Of a stretch of DNA of 64,000 nt, positions 59,933 through 64,000 are shown piece by piece. Below the pieces are notes generated by a model that saw only the letters and a list, made by a program, of their open reading frames with translations, was not told where the DNA came from and made no database searches. Made by a program: the position numbers and the translations under genes. The stretch's first letter is position 1, and each line of letters opens with the position of its first letter. The DNA is from Deferribacterales bacterium. GTDB taxonomy: Bacteria; Chrysiogenota; Deferribacteres; Deferribacterales; Geovibrionaceae. The stretch covers positions 192,001 through 256,000 of the forward strand of contig JBFWJS010000002.1 of assembly GCA_050253075.1 (NCBI GenBank), given 5' to 3'.

Positions 59933-61063
59933 CTATGATAAAACCAATAAGGTGATCTCAGATTCGGCACCTATCCTCAGCGGCGGTCCCCAATAGCACG
60001 TCCCCTGACTGACATATACATTCGTGTCCTTCACCTTATACAGGCCTTTTACGAATTCGTGGAAGAGATATATGACCATCGTCCACGGGAAGTACTGCCC
60101 GCCGTGGGTATGCCCCGAAAGCTGAAGGTCGTATCCGTGCTCGGCTATCTCTCTGGTTATCTCAGGCCTGTGGGACAGGATAACGGAGAAGTCGTAAGCC
60201 TCGTCTGTCTCCTTTGCCTTTGCAGGGTCGTATTTAGCAAAGCCGAATCTGTCCGAGTGCATATCAGGCACCCCGGCCATGAGCAGCTTTGCGCCTTTAT
60301 GGCTGATGATGTCGTTGCTGTTCTCCAGTACTTTTATACCGAGTGATTCTATCTTTCTTATCCATGAGGATGCGCCTGAGTAATACTCATGATTACCTGT
60401 CACAAAGTAGACTCCGTATTTAGCCCGCAGGTCTTTCAGCGGGTCAACATAATCAGCTATATATTTCGCCGAGCCGTCCACAAGGTCGCCTGTGATAACG
60501 ACCACATCAGGCTCCAGATCGTTTGTCATCCTCACCACACGCTTCACTGTCTCTGCGCCGATGGTCGGGCCTACGTGTATGTCAGACAACTGTACTATGC
60601 GGAATCCTTTCAGGTCGGAATGTATATTATCTTTAACGATGGGCACTTCTTTGATAACGGGCTCTCCCACCGCACGATAAACTCCGTAGCCCGTCATGGG
60701 GAGCACGGCAAGGCTCATTGCCGAACCGGCGGTCTGCGAGAGGAATCTGCGTCTGGAGGGGGAGAATTTCGGAGTGGTCTTTGTGGCGACGTATCCGCCT
60801 GTATTTACCAGAACCTTAACCACGGCGGCACAGAAGAGCATGCTCACCACACCGATGGATACATAGCCCACCCATGCAAATATCAGGAATATCTCACCAT
60901 GACCAAACTTTGCGATGGCTATGCGGGCGGCCACTGCCATATACATCATGAGGTATAAGAGCAGGCCGTATAACAAAAATCTTTTTTTACTGATGAGCTG
61001 TCTGGCACTGAATAAAGCCATGAACAGCATCACGAATGAAGCAATTACGAAAAACATTTTCAC
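59933..61063 (-). CDS. Membrane-anchored metallophosphoesterase (YkuE/YaeI-like)
   Basis: SDIH, TGDLVD, GNHE, LSH and SGHTHGGQ; N-terminal TM helices and an internal SRRRFL. Confidence 0.92.
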   Translation of the reverse strand: MKMFFVIASFVMLFMALFSARQLISKKRFLLYGLLLYLMMYMAVAARIAIAKFGHGEIFLIFAWVGYVSIGVVSMLFCAAVVKVLVNTGGYVATKTTPKFSPSRRRFLSQTAGSAMSLAVLPMTGYGVYRAVGEPVIKEVPIVKDNIHSDLKGFRIVQLSDIHVGPTIGAETVKRVVRMTNDLEPDVVVITGDLVDGSAKYIADYVDPLKDLRAKYGVYFVTGNHEYYSGASSWIRKIESLGIKVLENSNDIISHKGAKLLMAGVPDMHSDRFGFAKYDPAKAKETDEAYDFSVILSHRPEITREIAEHGYDLQLSGHTHGGQYFPWTMVIYLFHEFVKGLYKVKDTNVYVSQGTCYWGPPLRIGAESEITLLVLS

Positions 61064-61092
61064 TCCTTATTAGAGTAATAATTTAATGCTTT

Positions 61093-61881
61093 TCAGAATA
61101 CTTTCAATGATTTCAGGTAGGATATCAGTTTATATGTTTCATATTTGCCGAGGACAGGGGTATCCACGTTTAAAACATCAGATACTGCGACGAACGGCAG
61201 CTTATAGTCGTCGGGGTGGTCGCATCCGTGCAGTTTATCGTGTCCTGCATGGTCTGATGTTATTATCAGCAGGTATTTTCCTTTCGATGTGACAGTCTCG
61301 ATGAGAGGTTTCAGCTCTTCGTCTATGAATTTGAAGTCTTCGATATATTCCTTAGACATCCAGCCATATTCGGGACCTGTAAAGTCTAGCCCTGATATAT
61401 GCAGGAAGACAAAGTTCTTATCATGGGTTTTTATGTATTCTGTTGTTTTATCTATAGGATATTCTTTTGAAAAGTAGCTCTGATCAACGGCATCATTTAC
61501 AAGGAATGCCAACTTCCCTTTGCTGTATATGAATCCCGTGTTGTAGCCTATAGATTTGGCAGTGTTGAATATGGTCGGCTGAGCTATTGTTGCGTCGCCT
61601 TTTTTCCATGCGTTGCTGTCACGTCCGCCTGTCTGCGGGCTCAGCCCTGTGAACATTGCGCTGTGGCTTATGAGTGTTTTCGGCGGCGTTGTGCTTCTGC
61701 CATCCAGCTTTATCACTCCCCTATCCGCCAGAGACATTATGTTCGGCGCATTTTCACGTGTCACGGCATCAGGGTGCAGAGCGTCTATGGAGACTATCAC
61801 CACATTATTCAGCAGATCGGCGGCATATGCCTGAAAGGAAATGATTATTGTTATAAGCAGAAGTATTGTTTTCATAAGCAT
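61093..61881 (-). CDS. Exported alkaline phosphatase-superfamily (nucleotide pyrophosphatase/phosphodiesterase-like) protein
   Basis: Signal peptide ending AYA; ISIDAL, PPKTLISHSAMFTG, TSDHAG and LHG. Start is 61881 or 61875. Confidence 0.82.
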   Translation of the reverse strand: MLMKTILLLITIIISFQAYAADLLNNVVIVSIDALHPDAVTRENAPNIMSLADRGVIKLDGRSTTPPKTLISHSAMFTGLSPQTGGRDSNAWKKGDATIAQPTIFNTAKSIGYNTGFIYSKGKLAFLVNDAVDQSYFSKEYPIDKTTEYIKTHDKNFVFLHISGLDFTGPEYGWMSKEYIEDFKFIDEELKPLIETVTSKGKYLLIITSDHAGHDKLHGCDHPDDYKLPFVAVSDVLNVDTPVLGKYETYKLISYLKSLKVF

Positions 61882-61941
61882 GAAATTATCACTAAAATAT
61901 TGCGATGTCATCATATAATTACACATTATGACATTCGTATA

Positions 61942-62419
61942 CGTCACTCTGAGCGAATGTAATGAGCGTGAGAGTCTCTGGCGTATCGGTTACATAGGTT
62001 TATAGTCACCGTGACTAAACCATTCTATTTAAATCAGGGTCTGAGATTCTTACGCTGACGGTGTCAGCTCAGAATGACGAGATGGACAGTGACGTCAGGG
62101 TGCGTCACTGCGAGGAGGCATTAGCCGACGCGGCAGTCTTAGCCCGATAGCATGATTACAGATTTTTCGTTTCACTCGGAATGACGTTATTGCATCACTC
62201 CATTTAAATAAGGTTCTGAGATTCTTACGCTGACGGTGTCAGCGTAAGAATGACGAGATGGACAGTGACGTCAGGGTGCGTCACTGCGAGGAGGCATTAG
62301 CCGACGCGGCAGTCTTAGCCCGATAGCAGAATTACAGATTCTTCGTTTCACTCAGAATGACGTAAAAAGTTTTATATTTTCACTAAGATTGCCGCGTCGC
62401 TCCGCTCCTCGCAATGACT
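61942..62419. repeat. Cluster of eight CGTC-type hairpin units including a ~175-bp tandem duplication
   Basis: Units start at about 61942, 62044, 62103, 62160, 62219, 62279, 62336 and 62386. Segment 62027-62187 is repeated at 62202-62363. Confidence 0.9.
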
Positions 62420-62486
62420 TTAAATTCGAGGTTGGTTGCTAGAAACGAACACGTCAAGGCGCAGAGATGTGAAGTTTATTGAAAAC

Positions 62487-62518
62487 AAAAAAAAGGGTGG
62501 CCATAACGACCACCCTTC
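62487..62518 (-). terminator. Intrinsic terminator of sdh operon
   Basis: aaaaaaaagggtgg-ccataacga-ccaccctt. Confidence 0.8.
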
Positions 62519-62555
62519 TTCTTTATATCAAGTGTTGTATCAAATACTAAGTTGA

Positions 62556-63263
62556 TTAAACCTGATTGTCGAGGAGAAGCTTTCTGATGTTCATGATAGC
62601 TTCTGTCGGGTTGAGCTCCTTCGGACATGCCTCTACGCAGTTGTAGATTGTGTGACATCTCCATACACCATGCTTGTCGTTAAGCATAGGAAGACGCTGA
62701 TCTGCACCCTCATCTCTTGAGTCAACGATGTATCTCCAAGCTCTAAGGAAAGCGTTTGGTCCGAGATACTTCTTGTCAGCCCAGTAAGATGGACATGAAG
62801 ATGAACAGCATCCGCAAAGGATACACTCATAAAGACCGTCAAGTTTCTTACGGTCTTCAGGAGACTGGTAGATCTCCTTATCAGGGTTTGGTGATGTTCT
62901 GATAAGGTAAGGCTTAACAGTGATGAATTTGTTGAAGAAATCATCAACGTCTGTTACCAGGTCTCTCATAACGTTCATACCGGGAAGTGGCTGAACGATG
63001 ATGTGGTCAGAGTTGAGGTCGTCAACTTTTGTCATACATGAAAGCATGTTAACGCCGTTTACGTTAAGACCGTCAGAACCGCAAACACCTTCACGGCATG
63101 AACGACGGTATGTAAGAGTCGGGTCCTGCTCCCATTTGATCTGGTTAAGCGCATCAAGCATCAGATAACCGGGTCTTCTAAGCTCAACCTGATATGTCTG
63201 AAAATATGCTTCTTTATCCTTATCAGGATCGTATCTGAATATTTCAAATGTTACTGTTTTCAT
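62556..63263 (-). CDS. sdhB: Succinate dehydrogenase iron-sulfur subunit
   Basis: RRSCREGVCGSDG, ECILCGCCSSSCPSYW and CHTIYNCVEACP. Confidence 0.96.
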   Translation of the reverse strand: MKTVTFEIFRYDPDKDKEAYFQTYQVELRRPGYLMLDALNQIKWEQDPTLTYRRSCREGVCGSDGLNVNGVNMLSCMTKVDDLNSDHIIVQPLPGMNVMRDLVTDVDDFFNKFITVKPYLIRTSPNPDKEIYQSPEDRKKLDGLYECILCGCCSSSCPSYWADKKYLGPNAFLRAWRYIVDSRDEGADQRLPMLNDKHGVWRCHTIYNCVEACPKELNPTEAIMNIRKLLLDNQV

Positions 63264-63280
63264 TATTCTACGTCCTCCCC

Positions 63281-64000
63281 TTAATAAACCCTAGGTTTTG
63301 GTGGGAAAGGCTCAACACTGATAGGCTGCTGACGTACCTTTCTGTAGTCCACTCTAGGTGTTTTAAGGTCTTCTTCAAGATACACTTCTGTGTGCTTGAG
63401 GAAGTTTACATCGTCTCTGTCTGGACAGTCGTCACGGAAGTGACCGCCACGAGACTCTTTTCTGAGGATAGCAGCTTGTGTACAAGCCTTAGCAACAAGT
63501 ACCATGTTGTTAAGCTCGAGAGCTTCGATAAGGTCGAGGTTGTAAACGGAAGACTTGTCATTGACTTTGTAGTCGTCCAGTTTAGCTTCGATCTCAAGAA
63601 GTTCGTTGTAGCACTCTGTCATGAGCTCTTCTGTTCTGAACACAGACATTTTCTTCTGCATAACGTCTGTGAGCTCTCCCCAAAGTTCTCCGAAAGTATG
63701 CTTACCGTTAGAGTTAGCAAACTTATTAAGGAATCCGATACCTTCGTCACCTGCGCCCTCAGCGAGAGGTACAAGTGCGTTCTCAGCAGCGTACTTAGCA
63801 GCCTGCTCACCAGCTGTACGACCGAATACAACAAGGTCGAGAAGTGAGTTAGTACCAAGTCTGTTTGCACCGTGAACGGAAGCGGAAGCACACTCACCTG
63901 CAGCGAAGAATCCTGGAACGAACTCTTCACCGTCCATGTTACCTTTGATAACTTTTGTGGTGTAGTGTGTAGGGATACCACCATTCTGGTAGTGAGCTGT
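63281..64000 (-). CDS. sdhA: Succinate dehydrogenase flavoprotein subunit (C-terminal part; 5' end outside window)
   Basis: AHYQNGGIP, GECASASVHGANRLGTNSLLDLVVFG and RKESRGGHFR. Confidence 0.95.
   Translation of the reverse strand, partial: TAHYQNGGIPTHYTTKVIKGNMDGEEFVPGFFAAGECASASVHGANRLGTNSLLDLVVFGRTAGEQAAKYAAENALVPLAEGAGDEGIGFLNKFANSNGKHTFGELWGELTDVMQKKMSVFRTEELMTECYNELLEIEAKLDDYKVNDKSSVYNLDLIEALELNNMVLVAKACTQAAILRKESRGGHFRDDCPDRDDVNFLKHTEVYLEEDLKTPRVDYRKVRQQPISVEPFPPKPRVY

Noticed and set aside
61942..62419. Possible CRISPR array
   Set aside because: Units vary in orientation and sequence, the spacers are duplicated rather than unique, and there are no cas genes. This fits REP-like repeats.

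Overview
A 64-kb, moderate-GC chromosomal segment of an anaerobic, motile, selenocysteine-using bacterium. Gene content suggests Deferribacterota (Denitrovibrio/Geovibrio-like); this is an inference, not a database result. Most of it is housekeeping: metH, sor, large NAD-GDH, alaS, pckA, beta-CA, dprA-smg-topA-trmFO-xerC, selAB, uvrB, PBP1A, purC, mtaB, glnD and sdhAB, plus three MCPs and CheX. No prophage, CRISPR array, rRNA, tRNA or intact IS was recognised. The most interesting items are: (1) a sigma54-controlled pair of lipoproteins at the left edge, a Tat-exported FAD oxidoreductase lacking fumarate-reductase catalytic residues and an acidic cytochrome built from three tandem class-I-like haem domains, sharing an N-terminal 'GCG..DD...LDDLI' motif and with visible -24/-12 and activator sites; (2) 18 CGTC-tagged hairpin repeats whose stems covary, one doublet lying inside a MITE-like element and one cluster recently duplicated; (3) a 7-Cys domain inserted inside the HAMP domain of a chemoreceptor; (4) a pseudo-histidine kinase overlapping glnD in a fliL-glnD operon; (5) an effector-less STAND-TPR protein and an orphan sulfotransferase; (6) the relic 3' tip of a deleted chemoreceptor gene.
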